Source: a virus
IMG/VR virus record: IMGVR_UViG_3300032607_000303
Location: 1-64,000 of that record
Direction: 5' to 3' (one strand)
DNA length: 64,000 bases
Under the pieces are notes generated by a model. It saw only the letters and a list, made by a program, of their open reading frames with translations, was not told where the DNA came from and searched no databases. Positions 49,098 through 58,698 of this stretch are shown in pieces. The position numbers were made by a program, and so were the translations under genes. Position 1 is the first letter of the stretch. Each line of letters opens with the position of its first letter.

Positions 49098-49706
49098 AAT
49101 GTAAATTTTATAATTGTATTTGTAATAAATTTTTTAGTATGTAAAATTTTTATAATATACTTTTACTACCTTACAGTTTAAAATACGATTTACTCCTGAA
49201 AACCAACTTGTAAAACCGTGGAGCTGGCCCCGAAGAATTTTCAGTCTTCTTAGCGTTAATTTTACAATATCTCCCTCGCAAGTTTCAATCGTACACCCTT
49301 TCGCCATCTGACACACCTCAAAATTGTATTGAAATTTCCCTGAATGCGAATAATTCCTATTTACAGCATATTGATAATGCGAAATCAATAGGCGTAAGCT
49401 ATACCTGCCAGAAAGCCCTACAATCGTTTTAAATTGGTTCCCCTTATGTTTCTATAGGTGGATGGGTAAAATGCCATGGCGGGCCTGTATAGCGCCTTGC
49501 TAGTCATTTCATGCTGCATATTGCCTGGACATGCCGTGATAATTTGGCGCTCTTATATGGTGGCCGCGCCTGCTATATAGCTACATTACATACCTTGCAA
49601 GGCAATAGCAATAGCCAATCGTAAGTTATTTTTGCATAGTGTAAAACTACTGTACTGGCGATGTAGGGATTATTTAAAATATTTGTACTATTTGTGTAGA
49701 AAATAG

Positions 49707-49735
49707 TTGACTGTGGTTTTTAGGCACGCTATTAT
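49707..49735 (+). promoter_or_regulatory. sigma70-like promoter of the putative pre-early cassette
   Basis: TTGACT-17-TATTAT. Confidence 0.7.
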
Positions 49736-49913
49736 TCTGTATGCACTGAAAAGCAAGTGCCAACTAACATATAGATAACAAGAATGTACACTTCAAAAAC
49801 TGGCAAGATATTCGAGGCGATTGTATTTATCGCAATGTTTGTTGCAATCTGTGGATTTTCTTTATACCATATTGCACGATTAATCGACGGCATGTAATTT
49901 AAAGGAAATTAAA

Positions 49914-50312
49914 ATGGAAATCAATATCACGAAGTTTTACAATGTATCTTACCCGAAAGACTATAGCTCGAGCGTTATGGAAATTGGAAATAACGCTGGC
50001 AAAGCAACATGGCAGGCGGCGAACGATGATAGTTATGAATATATGATGTTAGACAATATTGATAAGCTTGATGCCATGCGTTATTATATCGAAGACTTAG
50101 GGGGTTGGCACCGTTCGGAAATTTCAGCTATGTCTGATATAGAACTTAATTCATTTCTTATACAAATGATATCAGGTGATATCCGAGAATCCTGTTTAAA
50201 TGAAGACAGAAATGACTGGCAGGGTTATCAGAAAGAGTCTGAGGCTGGGCAAATTTCCGGCAGAATTCTTGTCGGTGACTTGGGCGAAGTTTATTACTAC
50301 ATTGGCGATTAA
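49914..50312 (+). CDS. Acidic hypothetical protein
   Basis: AAGGA RBS. Confidence 0.65.
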   Translation: MEINITKFYNVSYPKDYSSSVMEIGNNAGKATWQAANDDSYEYMMLDNIDKLDAMRYYIEDLGGWHRSEISAMSDIELNSFLIQMISGDIRESCLNEDRNDWQGYQKESEAGQISGRILVGDLGEVYYYIGD

Positions 50313-50339
50313 TTTAAATAACTTTAAAGGAAATATAAA

Positions 50340-50633
50340 ATGAATAACATTAAAAACACAAAAGAAATTTTTTTCGTCGAAGTTACGGATACATACGGCG
50401 GCGAAGCAAACTACAGCTGGGTTCATAAATATCTGGTAAAAGCTACTACAATGCGCGGTGCTATAAGCGTAGTTTCAAAGTATGAAGGATTCGCAGGACG
50501 TTTAAAGGTTGATGGAAATTATGGCGATATGACACGCCATAACGTATCAGGCGCAGCTATTTGCATTTTTACACAATATGCCGATGAGTATAATTCCGGA
50601 GGCGTTAGAGCGCTTAATTTTGAGCCTAATTAA
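50340..50633 (+). CDS. Hypothetical protein
   Basis: EVTDTYGGEANYSWV motif; AAGGA RBS. Confidence 0.65.
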   Translation: MNNIKNTKEIFFVEVTDTYGGEANYSWVHKYLVKATTMRGAISVVSKYEGFAGRLKVDGNYGDMTRHNVSGAAICIFTQYADEYNSGGVRALNFEPN

Positions 50634-50716
50634 AACAATAAACAATAGGCTTTAAAGAACAATATTAGAGCCTATTAATTTATTGTTTTAATGTAGTTCT
50701 AACCAGAAAGAAAATC

Positions 50717-51310
50717 ATGCGTACAATAGAAACTAATATTTATAAATACAATCAACTTTCAAACAAGGCTAAACAAAAAGCACGCGATTGGTATTTGTCC
50801 GGCGACCGTGATAACGGTTCAGAATTCGTTATTGATGATGCAAAAGAGATTGCCAGCATTATAGGTATAGAAATTGATAATATTTACTATACAGGGTTTT
50901 CTAATCAAGGCGATGGCGCTAGTTTTACAGGTTATTATAAGTATGTAAAAGGTGGATTGAAAGCACTGAAAAAACATGCCGCAATTGATAAAGAACTGCA
51001 CAGAATTGGACAGGAATTGCAAGATATTCAAAAGAGTAATTTTTATGGCCTGTCATGTAAAATTGAGCACCGAGGAAATTACTACCACGAAAACACAATG
51101 CGTATTGATAGTATTGATAGTAATATTCCATTATCTGACGAAGCATACAATGAAGCAGAAAATAATATTTCCAAAGCTTTAAAAGATTTTGCACGGTGGA
51201 TATATAGTAATTTGGAAAAGGAAAACGATTATAATAATCTTGAAAGCACAATAGAAGAAAACATTATTTATAACGATTATGAATTCACACCAGAAGGAAA
51301 AATTGTATAA
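50717..51310 (+). CDS. Hypothetical early protein
   Basis: LSNKAKQKARDWY...GFSNQGDGASF...NDYEFTPEG pattern seen in phage early genes. Confidence 0.7.
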   Translation: MRTIETNIYKYNQLSNKAKQKARDWYLSGDRDNGSEFVIDDAKEIASIIGIEIDNIYYTGFSNQGDGASFTGYYKYVKGGLKALKKHAAIDKELHRIGQELQDIQKSNFYGLSCKIEHRGNYYHENTMRIDSIDSNIPLSDEAYNEAENNISKALKDFARWIYSNLEKENDYNNLESTIEENIIYNDYEFTPEGKIV

Positions 51311-51585
51311 TGCCAACCATCGGAAATTATCGCGTTAGCTCTAATAACCCCCGCGTAGAATCTGGACATCATAAGGAATGCATGGGAACATGCCGGGTAA
51401 AATTACATGGCGTCATTCTTGCTAGCGTAGAACTGCCGCATAGTGATCCGCTTACATGGATGCGCAGACGCCCGCAGGATGAAAGCAGAAAAGAGTTAGA
51501 GAGACAATTGATTGAGAATAATGTAAGTGTTGCAGATGTTACAATGATAATGACGTTGCCGGACAGTAAAAAGAATTTTAAATAG
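51310..51585 (+). CDS. Hypothetical protein
   Basis: TAATG coupling. Confidence 0.5.
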   Translation: MPTIGNYRVSSNNPRVESGHHKECMGTCRVKLHGVILASVELPHSDPLTWMRRRPQDESRKELERQLIENNVSVADVTMIMTLPDSKKNFK

Positions 51586-51656
51586 TGCTTGCAAGGCTGT
51601 AGAAATAGTGTAGAATAGCTGTATTGGAAGTCAATTGTAACGCACAGGAGAATAAA

Positions 51657-52133
51657 ATGAATACAATTCAAACAATCAAGACAATCGTATTAGCTTACAA
51701 CAATCAATTCAATGCTGAAGAATTGCCTGTAAATCGCCTTGTTGTGTCTGACGACGTTGTATCAATCATGGCAACAATCATTGACAGCCAATCGCATACC
51801 TGTGACATTGACAATCTTGACGACATAATCGAAGCTTTAGAAAGCTTGCGCGACTGTTACGGAGAAAGCGAATTTACGTTAGACTTTGACGGAAATGAAT
51901 ACAGGTTGATTGGCGAAGATGCAATATGGGATATCTATGTGGACTCTATTAAGGAAATTGTTGAAGACTGTTATGATTTAAAACTCAATGATATGCCAGA
52001 CTTTGTTGCATTATCAATTGATTGGGAACAAACAGCTAAGAACGCATATGTTGATGGATATGGTCACACGTTCAGCGGCTACGATGGCAGCGAGGAAGAA
52101 GCAGGAAAATACTATATCTTTCGTACTAATTAA
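51657..52133 (+). CDS. Highly acidic ArdA-like antirestriction candidate
   Basis: AGGAG RBS; D/E-rich; IDWEQTAKN...YYIFR resembles the ArdA C-terminal pattern. Confidence 0.5.
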   Translation: MNTIQTIKTIVLAYNNQFNAEELPVNRLVVSDDVVSIMATIIDSQSHTCDIDNLDDIIEALESLRDCYGESEFTLDFDGNEYRLIGEDAIWDIYVDSIKEIVEDCYDLKLNDMPDFVALSIDWEQTAKNAYVDGYGHTFSGYDGSEEEAGKYYIFRTN

Positions 52134-52231
52134 ATAGCATCAATTAATAAAGCATGTTAGAATATGTCAATACATGCTTTATTTGTGGAAATTATTAATT
52201 GTTTATAACGTAACATTTTGGAGAATATAAT

Positions 52232-52639
52232 ATGCTTTCATTACAGCAAATTGAAACACGTATTAACGAAGTTTTCACAATGGCGAAATTATGCAAGCAT
52301 ACAACTGTGCAGCTTAATGATAGTATTGCCAAGTCAATGGAAGTTATATACAGCCGTACGCCATCAGGACGCTTGCGTTATTCTATATGGGAACAAGGCT
52401 ATTCTCGTGGATTGATAGCGGCTAACAATTCTGCAATATGGCAAGATGTAGAATTCTGCTACCGTGATAAGGATGGAATAATATACAGCACGGCAAGAAA
52501 CAGTATGCATCGCAGTATTGATATCCTATACGGTAACGGGAAATCGAGTCTTATCAACAATATGGAATGCGCGCATTTGTGGATAGGATCGTATAAAGAG
52601 TATACGCCATGGAAATGTTCGGCTGGCGTTACACAATAA
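52232..52639 (+). CDS. Hypothetical protein
   Basis: GGAG RBS. Confidence 0.55.
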   Translation: MLSLQQIETRINEVFTMAKLCKHTTVQLNDSIAKSMEVIYSRTPSGRLRYSIWEQGYSRGLIAANNSAIWQDVEFCYRDKDGIIYSTARNSMHRSIDILYGNGKSSLINNMECAHLWIGSYKEYTPWKCSAGVTQ

Positions 52640-53034
52640 AGGAATAACATAATGTACATTGAGAATATTATTTATTGGATTATGCTGGCAACAATTGTAA
52701 TTAATTCTAATCGTATTGTTTTTTAATTGGATGTTATTATGATCTTTACAATAATGGGTTATAAAGTAGAAAATGTAGAGCAAGCTAGATCGATTCTATT
52801 TGTAGCAGTATTAAAAGGTGATAAGACTATTTCAGAACAGTGTAGGTCAGTTATTACTCAATATGAAAAATCTTATTAATCACACAATTAAATTAGTAAT
52901 AGTTGCCATATGGCCCTATATATTATTTATCATAGTGTATTACTTAAATAAATGGTTAGGTTGATAATCGTAATGCAGTAGATAAGTATTAGTAAGTGGT
53001 ATTGAATAATATAATTAGAGAATAGTAAGCATAT

Positions 53035-53055
53035 AAGCCCCTATACGGGGCTTTT
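53035..53055 (+). terminator. Rho-independent terminator
   Basis: AAGCCCC-TATAC-GGGGCTTTT. Confidence 0.8.
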
Positions 53056-53083
53056 CCTATTGGCAAGCGCATTGTATAAGGTT

Positions 53084-53246
53084 GGCGTATAGGACGCTGG
53101 CATGACGCTATACAGGACGCTATGCAAGCGCTATGCAGGAGCCTATGAGTGTAGCTGGCAAGTGGGAAATAGGGCGCGTATTAGTTGCTTATAGTATAGC
53201 TAAGTGGGAAATTAATAGCGTTATTGATAGCATGGTGGGAAATTGT
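53084..53246. repeat. Short direct repeats (CGCTATrCAGGA-like units; GTGGGAAAT x3)
   Basis: 11-12-nt units at 53084-53150; GTGGGAAAT at about 53162, 53204 and 53235. Confidence 0.65.
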
Positions 53247-53974
53247 ATAGTGTAGGGTAGGATATGGCAGAGTATATATATAAGTTATATAGGAGTTTAA
53301 CGGGATATCGCACCGAATACAGTAGCCCCTTCTTTCCCTTCTCTTCATAAGATTATTATCGCGCATATTAATCGTACAATACTTATCACAATAGCAACAT
53401 AATATAACGTCATTTAAGCTCATTGAGCGCCCTAATAGTTGCTCAGCAGTAACATTATTAATATACTAATGATGCGCGAATAGGCTATTGATAGCAGCAC
53501 GGTATGATGTGCGCGGTACCCTTGCAAGGGTATGGTATAGGCTGTAGTTATTAAGAGCCTTAATAGGCTCCTATTCCGATACCATAGGGCACTTGCGGGG
53601 CGTAGTAGGTTATCCAAGTAGGATTATGGCAGGCTCAATCATGCACTGGCAGGTGGCATGATAGTGCGATGCTATCGGCTAGGGACGTATCAGGATCGAA
53701 CGTCTGTGATATTTTAGAGGATCAAATTCTAATCGGAGCCATGGGTTATCCCTTGTTAAATCACCAATATGCCTCTGTCCATTTTTGAGAATTTCCCAGC
53801 CTCCTGACAAGCTTTAAAAAATTCTAATAAGCGCTCCAAAATGTGAAATAATTAGAATATTTCTTGACATTTAACCTAATATATGCCTGATATTTATGCT
53901 ATAAGATGTGCCTTTACCTATCGTTTAAGCCTGTATTCTGAAAAAATTTTATAAAAATTTCATAGAAATGTTGC

Positions 53975-54003
53975 TTGACGTATGTGATATTTAGCCTCAT
54001 AAT
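53975..54003 (+). promoter_or_regulatory. sigma70-like promoter of the recombinase gene
   Basis: TTGACG-17-CATAAT. Confidence 0.7.
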
Positions 54004-54038
54004 ATCCCTACTTTACAGAGCTTCTAGGAGAAATAATA

Positions 54039-54686
54039 ATGGCAACAATATTTGGGTATGGTCGAGTGAGCCGCACAGGTCAATCTTCAGAGAATCAGCG
54101 TCAAGCTATTGAGAAACACCTCGGTAAACCTGTCGATGTCTGGTATGAAGACCATGCTGTAAGCGGCACTGTAAAGACCAGTGTGAGGCCATTATTCTCT
54201 AGGATGGTGAAAGAGGCTGTAGCTGGTGATACGCTTGTCTTCAATCGTGTTGATCGTATATCACGTAGAGCGTCAGATACATTGACAACTGTAGAGGGAC
54301 TGTTGGAGAGAGGCGTAGAAGTTTATATAATACAGATTGGCAAAGACCCTCTTAGTTCTGCTAAGGGTAAGATGATGTTAGGAATATTTGCCATCTTTGC
54401 TGAGGACGAGAGAATGGCATTGGTGGAGCGTACAAAGGATGGGCTTGCCAGAGTTAAAAAGAATGGCGCAATACTTGGCCCTAAGCTGTCTATCAATCCT
54501 GAGACATTAAGAGCTTTGTGTATTGGCAGAGCAGATAAGATTACATTAGATGTTCTTAGTAACATGTATGGCATAGACAGAAATACAATACTAAGGAATG
54601 TAAAGAAGTGGGGAGGTAGCTTAGAAGAATACGAAGCAGAATGGAATAAGCGGGATAAGCAATACAAGGCTAAGGAACAAGCGTAA
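54039..54686 (+). CDS. Small serine recombinase (resolvase/invertase family)
   Basis: YGRVS...Q, VSGT..RP, GDTL...VDRISR, ERTKDGL and a C-terminal HTH. Confidence 0.93.
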   Translation: MATIFGYGRVSRTGQSSENQRQAIEKHLGKPVDVWYEDHAVSGTVKTSVRPLFSRMVKEAVAGDTLVFNRVDRISRRASDTLTTVEGLLERGVEVYIIQIGKDPLSSAKGKMMLGIFAIFAEDERMALVERTKDGLARVKKNGAILGPKLSINPETLRALCIGRADKITLDVLSNMYGIDRNTILRNVKKWGGSLEEYEAEWNKRDKQYKAKEQA

Positions 54687-54692
54687 TAAAAT

Positions 54693-54722
54693 AGGCCACT
54701 AAGAAGTTATCCTAGTGGCCTT
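54693..54722. terminator. Hairpin between convergent genes
   Basis: AGGCCACTA...TAGTGGCCT. Confidence 0.65.
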
Positions 54723-54726
54723 CATA

Positions 54727-55398
54727 CTACTTAGTATTGTTAATACGATCAGAGGCTATATCAAAATACTTCTGATCCACTTCAATTCCTATAAAGTTTC
54801 TATTTGTATTAACACAAGCTACACCTGTTGTTCCGCTGCCCATGAATATGTCTAGTACAGTTTCATTTACTTTGGAGGAATTTGTTATTAGTTTCTCAAT
54901 TACATCTAAAGGCTTTTGCGTAATATGCACCTTACCGTTTGAAAGTTTAGGCATGACAGCTTTGAAGTTATCTCTGCTGGTATAATCATTAATAGGTTTT
55001 GCAGCGCCCTTACGAAAGAACAATACAAGCTCAGTCTGCTTGTAGTACCAACGATTAGGCATACCAGTATCTTTAATCATAGATAGTATATTGTGTAGTT
55101 TGAAGCCTACTTTAGTGGCTGCATTCAAATACTCTTGCAAAGAAACAGTATTGGTGAAAACGTAAAAGTGTGTCCGTTCCTTCAGTTTATCGAAGCACAA
55201 AGTCATCCACTCTTCAGTGTTTGGGATATCTCCCTCAAATACATTGTTACCCATACTGTTTGGCATCCAGTTAGGGCGACAAGACTTTCCACGCTTAGTC
55301 ATACGGTAAGGCGGGTCAATTAGAATCAAGTCCACACTTCCACTATCTACCTCCTTCATCCGTTCCAAACAATCCCCAAGCATCAACAAACTAGACAT
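54727..55398 (-). CDS. DNA N6-adenine/N4-cytosine methyltransferase (beta class)
   Basis: DPPY, H.TQKP and VLDIFMGSGTT. Confidence 0.92.
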   Translation of the reverse strand: MSSLLMLGDCLERMKEVDSGSVDLILIDPPYRMTKRGKSCRPNWMPNSMGNNVFEGDIPNTEEWMTLCFDKLKERTHFYVFTNTVSLQEYLNAATKVGFKLHNILSMIKDTGMPNRWYYKQTELVLFFRKGAAKPINDYTSRDNFKAVMPKLSNGKVHITQKPLDVIEKLITNSSKVNETVLDIFMGSGTTGVACVNTNRNFIGIEVDQKYFDIASDRINNTK

Positions 55399-55520
55399 AC
55401 TCTCTCCTAATCAGGCTCTACCTATTGCAAGTAGAGCCTACAATCAATTTAAAATGAATGGCTGGCACATTCATATTGCTATATGGTGTAAGCAGCTAAA
55501 CAGCCCCTAAAGCTAATAGA

Positions 55521-55823
55521 TTAGCTGTTCCATTCCTCAAGAACAAATGTCAGCGTAACAAACGTAACAACTCCATCCTCACGCCATACACGGTAGTTAA
55601 AGCCTCCACTACCTAGTTGATAATCATTAGCACCATAGCTCCCCTGAATAGCTCTACGTAGTCCCTTTCGGGCATCCTCACGTAACGTACTCTCAACAGG
55701 TATTCCACCTTCATCTTTACAATTAGCCCAAGACCACTCTAGCACTTGCATAACCTTAGCTACCTTGCTGAATGAAAACCAATCCATAATCTCGTCAATT
55801 AGTTTTTGTTCGTTTTGTGTCAT
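55521..55823 (-). CDS. Hypothetical protein
   Basis: AGGAG RBS. Confidence 0.6.
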   Translation of the reverse strand: MTQNEQKLIDEIMDWFSFSKVAKVMQVLEWSWANCKDEGGIPVESTLREDARKGLRRAIQGSYGANDYQLGSGGFNYRVWREDGVVTFVTLTFVLEEWNS

Positions 55824-56015
55824 TGTATGCTCCTATTAGTAGTTTCATAATATTCTGTACATCCTTTAATGTTAGGTGCTTAGGCATCTTAGCACTAGAG
55901 CCTATTAAATGTCTCACCTCCCTGTACAATATCTCTGTCTCTGTTAGTATTGGCATAAGACCTTAAAAGTATAAAGCCTTGCAAGCCTATTATCAGCTAT
56001 GCAAGGCTTATTAGT

Positions 56016-56705
56016 TTATTGGCGTGTAGGAGCTAGATTCAGTGGCTTACGTACACGTTTAGGTTTTTCCTCAGCAATATCTTTAAGAGCCTCTTGCTCA
56101 GCTTCCCATTCTGCTTTCTGACATTCCATACGATGAATGGCACGCTCACACCACATTTCAGCATCAAGCCAAATATCCCGACCAAGAAGCATTTGTGTAA
56201 TCTCTTCTTCACTCAAGAAATACTTGTATGTCTCACGAAACTTCTTGTTACGGAATTGTAGGTCGAATGCACTCTTAGCATTATACTCCGCTACCGTACC
56301 CCCTGATCCATCATAGCCTGCATGAATGAGCGAGTTGAATCCATCAGACAATTCAAACGAGTCGCATTCGAGGAGAATTTGAGAGGCCATACTATGCGCC
56401 CCACCTCCAGCTTTGATGTGAATTGGTGCCTCACATTTACGCATGCTATGAATGAAGCAATCTCCAGCATCGACTGAACCTCCTGGGCAACAAGACAAGT
56501 GTATTTCAATCTCATCATCTTCATGGGCATTATCCAACACTTGAATAGCTGTACAGAACTGCGAGACAGACTCAATAGCAGAGTCAATTGTAATCACATA
56601 CTTACCACGTTTATTAGGGAAATATGAAACATTATACTCCATAGAGTCGTTATAGTTGTGTGAGGAACGGGCATTGATTGTTTGTTTCATTACTTTGTTT
56701 TGCAT
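56016..56705 (-). CDS. ClpP-like protease
   Basis: PGGSV, AHSMAS (Ser), LIH (His) and RDIWL (Asp). Confidence 0.8.
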   Translation of the reverse strand: MQNKVMKQTINARSSHNYNDSMEYNVSYFPNKRGKYVITIDSAIESVSQFCTAIQVLDNAHEDDEIEIHLSCCPGGSVDAGDCFIHSMRKCEAPIHIKAGGGAHSMASQILLECDSFELSDGFNSLIHAGYDGSGGTVAEYNAKSAFDLQFRNKKFRETYKYFLSEEEITQMLLGRDIWLDAEMWCERAIHRMECQKAEWEAEQEALKDIAEEKPKRVRKPLNLAPTRQ

Positions 56706-56712
56706 ATGTTCC

Positions 56713-57510
56713 TTAGTTGTTATTGTAGTACATTTTAACAAGAGCACGAGTTAGACCGCTTCTAATTACATCATCAGGGGTGAATCTAACAACACCAATA
56801 TTACTGTTAATCTCTTCCAAGTCTTCATCAAGCAAATATCGTGGTTGCTCTTGTTTCATACGGTCAAGCAAGTCGAGAGTTTCCTCAATACCGCTAAGGC
56901 CACGCAAGTCGTGCTGTTTCTGATCCCCTGTGAAAATAATCTGAGCACCTTGACCCATACGTGTCAGCACCATTTCAAATTCATCCTTAGTGAAGTTTTG
57001 TGATTCCTCACTAATGCAGATGCAGCCCTCTAGTGACATGCCACGCATATATTCAGCAGGAAGCATGACAACAATCTCTTTCTCCAAACAATACTTTAGA
57101 TAACCACTACCCATAAACTTAGCAAGATGCGCGAGAGTTTGTGCAAAGAAAGGAGTCATCTTTTCAGAGATTGTTCCGGGAAGCAGACCAATGCTTTTAC
57201 CAACACTGACAGCAGGACGGACAAGATATACTTTCTCAATCTTCTTAGCCTTCAGTTGTGTAGCAGCATGATAGGCAGCAATCATACTCTTACCAACACC
57301 TGCACTTCCTGCTAGAAAGATTACACTGCGACCCTCTTTAAGCATAGACAGGGCAAGTTTCTGATTATTATTCTTAGCCTCAAATCTTGGAGTTGTTGCT
57401 TGCTGTACCTCTACCTCATGTGCCACCTCTAAAAATTTGGCTTTAGTCTGAGGACGATCTTCACCGTCTTTACCATTGCGGCGAGTTACATGTGCTTTCT
57501 GACGAGTCAT
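56713..57510 (-). CDS. phoH: PhoH-family ATPase
   Basis: GSAGVGKS, RPAV, GLLPG..EK, MRG.S, EESQN, LTRMG, GD..Q.D and RSGL. Confidence 0.93.
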   Translation of the reverse strand: MTRQKAHVTRRNGKDGEDRPQTKAKFLEVAHEVEVQQATTPRFEAKNNNQKLALSMLKEGRSVIFLAGSAGVGKSMIAAYHAATQLKAKKIEKVYLVRPAVSVGKSIGLLPGTISEKMTPFFAQTLAHLAKFMGSGYLKYCLEKEIVVMLPAEYMRGMSLEGCICISEESQNFTKDEFEMVLTRMGQGAQIIFTGDQKQHDLRGLSGIEETLDLLDRMKQEQPRYLLDEDLEEINSNIGVVRFTPDDVIRSGLTRALVKMYYNNN

Positions 57511-57541
57511 ACTATTCCTCTTTAATTTGCTAATAGTTATA

Positions 57542-57763
57542 TTAATTTACAGATTTAGGTCGTCCAGCAAGTTTCTTAACAGGTTGCATAAATACGGAGT
57601 CATGAGCCTCGCCACTTTCAGCTTTACACATACCAATCGAGAACAATGTGTAGAAAATAGAAAACTCCTCATTCTCGTCAATAACGTATCCGTCCTGTGC
57701 AGCCTTTACAACTTCGTGCATGAATTGCATTGGGTTGTTTGATGCTATTTGTTTCTTATGCAT
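57542..57763 (-). CDS. Hypothetical protein
   Basis: AAGGAG RBS. Confidence 0.6.
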   Translation of the reverse strand: MHKKQIASNNPMQFMHEVVKAAQDGYVIDENEEFSIFYTLFSIGMCKAESGEAHDSVFMQPVKKLAGRPKSVN

Positions 57764-57859
57764 GTTACTCTCCTTTATAAGTTGATATTAAAGATTCGTG
57801 CTCGTCATTAAGTTGTTCTTCCATTTCATAATCCAGTAGCCATTCTTCTAGGTATTCCA

Positions 57860-58084
57860 TCAGACTTTCCCTCCTGTAAGCAAAACTAACAACGGATTTA
57901 GATATCGTTCTTGCGTCATATGAAGGTCTTCCATAACAGCATTGTGAGCAACATCAATATTCAATGCATCAACATACACACAACGTAGAATAGGCTTAGG
58001 CTTCTTAGCGTCCTTAGAAGGTACACGGTAGTAGACATGACAACCTGTTGGTTGCTTAGCTTCTGTTGTATATGTAACACCCAT
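57860..58084 (-). CDS. Hypothetical protein
   Basis: AGGAG RBS. Confidence 0.55.
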   Translation of the reverse strand: MGVTYTTEAKQPTGCHVYYRVPSKDAKKPKPILRCVYVDALNIDVAHNAVMEDLHMTQERYLNPLLVLLTGGKV

Positions 58085-58207
58085 TACCTAATTCTCCTAA
58101 CACTATACCCTATAACTATGTAAATTGCATCAAACGCATAAACTATATTTCTGCCCGTAACTGTGTGGATCATAATTATAGTAAACCATTTAATCCTGTT
58201 AATCATG

Positions 58208-58399
58208 TCATGGCCATCCATCTGAGTAGAATGATATCACACGCTTAAAAGCTTTCAAATCCTTTGCGTGAATTTTAATATCGTGTTGTGTAATATCTGA
58301 AAACTGGTATTTATGAAGTGTCTCTAATTCCTGTGTAAGAACGTCTAGTGTGATGTTCAAACATGTTTCGTTGCAGAGGCTAATTGTACGTGTATTCAT
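58208..58399 (-). CDS. Hypothetical protein
   Basis: AAGGAG RBS. Confidence 0.55.
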   Translation of the reverse strand: MNTRTISLCNETCLNITLDVLTQELETLHKYQFSDITQHDIKIHAKDLKAFKRVISFYSDGWP

Positions 58400-58425
58400 A
58401 TCTCTCCTTGTTGTATATGTTTATA

Positions 58426-58698
58426 TTACTTAATACGTTTCTTGCTGTCAAGTTTGTTTTGCTTATCTTTCATGGCTGCTAGGAAAGATTGCTGAGGGTT
58501 TTGTTGAGCGATTGCTTTCAAATCTACACAAACCAATTCGTCTAAACACCACTCAGCATACCATTTTGAACATGATGCACTTACAACACCATTGTCATAC
58601 ACTACTTCAATAATTCCAGCATTGTGAAGATATAATAGTTTTTCCGTTAGAAACTTCCTTGGGTGACTATTTCCAACTACTAATATTTGTGGCTTCAT
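58426..58698 (-). CDS. Hypothetical protein
   Basis: GGGAG RBS. Confidence 0.55.
   Translation of the reverse strand: MKPQILVVGNSHPRKFLTEKLLYLHNAGIIEVVYDNGVVSASCSKWYAEWCLDELVCVDLKAIAQQNPQQSFLAAMKDKQNKLDSKKRIK

Noticed and set aside
53084-53246. Possible CRISPR mini-array
   Set aside because: Units are only 9-12 nt, degenerate and mostly adjacent; there are no 25-45-nt repeats with unique spacers and no cas genes
54039-55398. Transposon or restriction-modification system
   Set aside because: No transposase, terminal inverted repeats or adjacent restriction endonuclease; orphan methyltransferases are common in phages
56016-57510. PhoH plus ClpP-like pair as a novel system
   Set aside because: Both are common accessory genes in lytic phages of this size class
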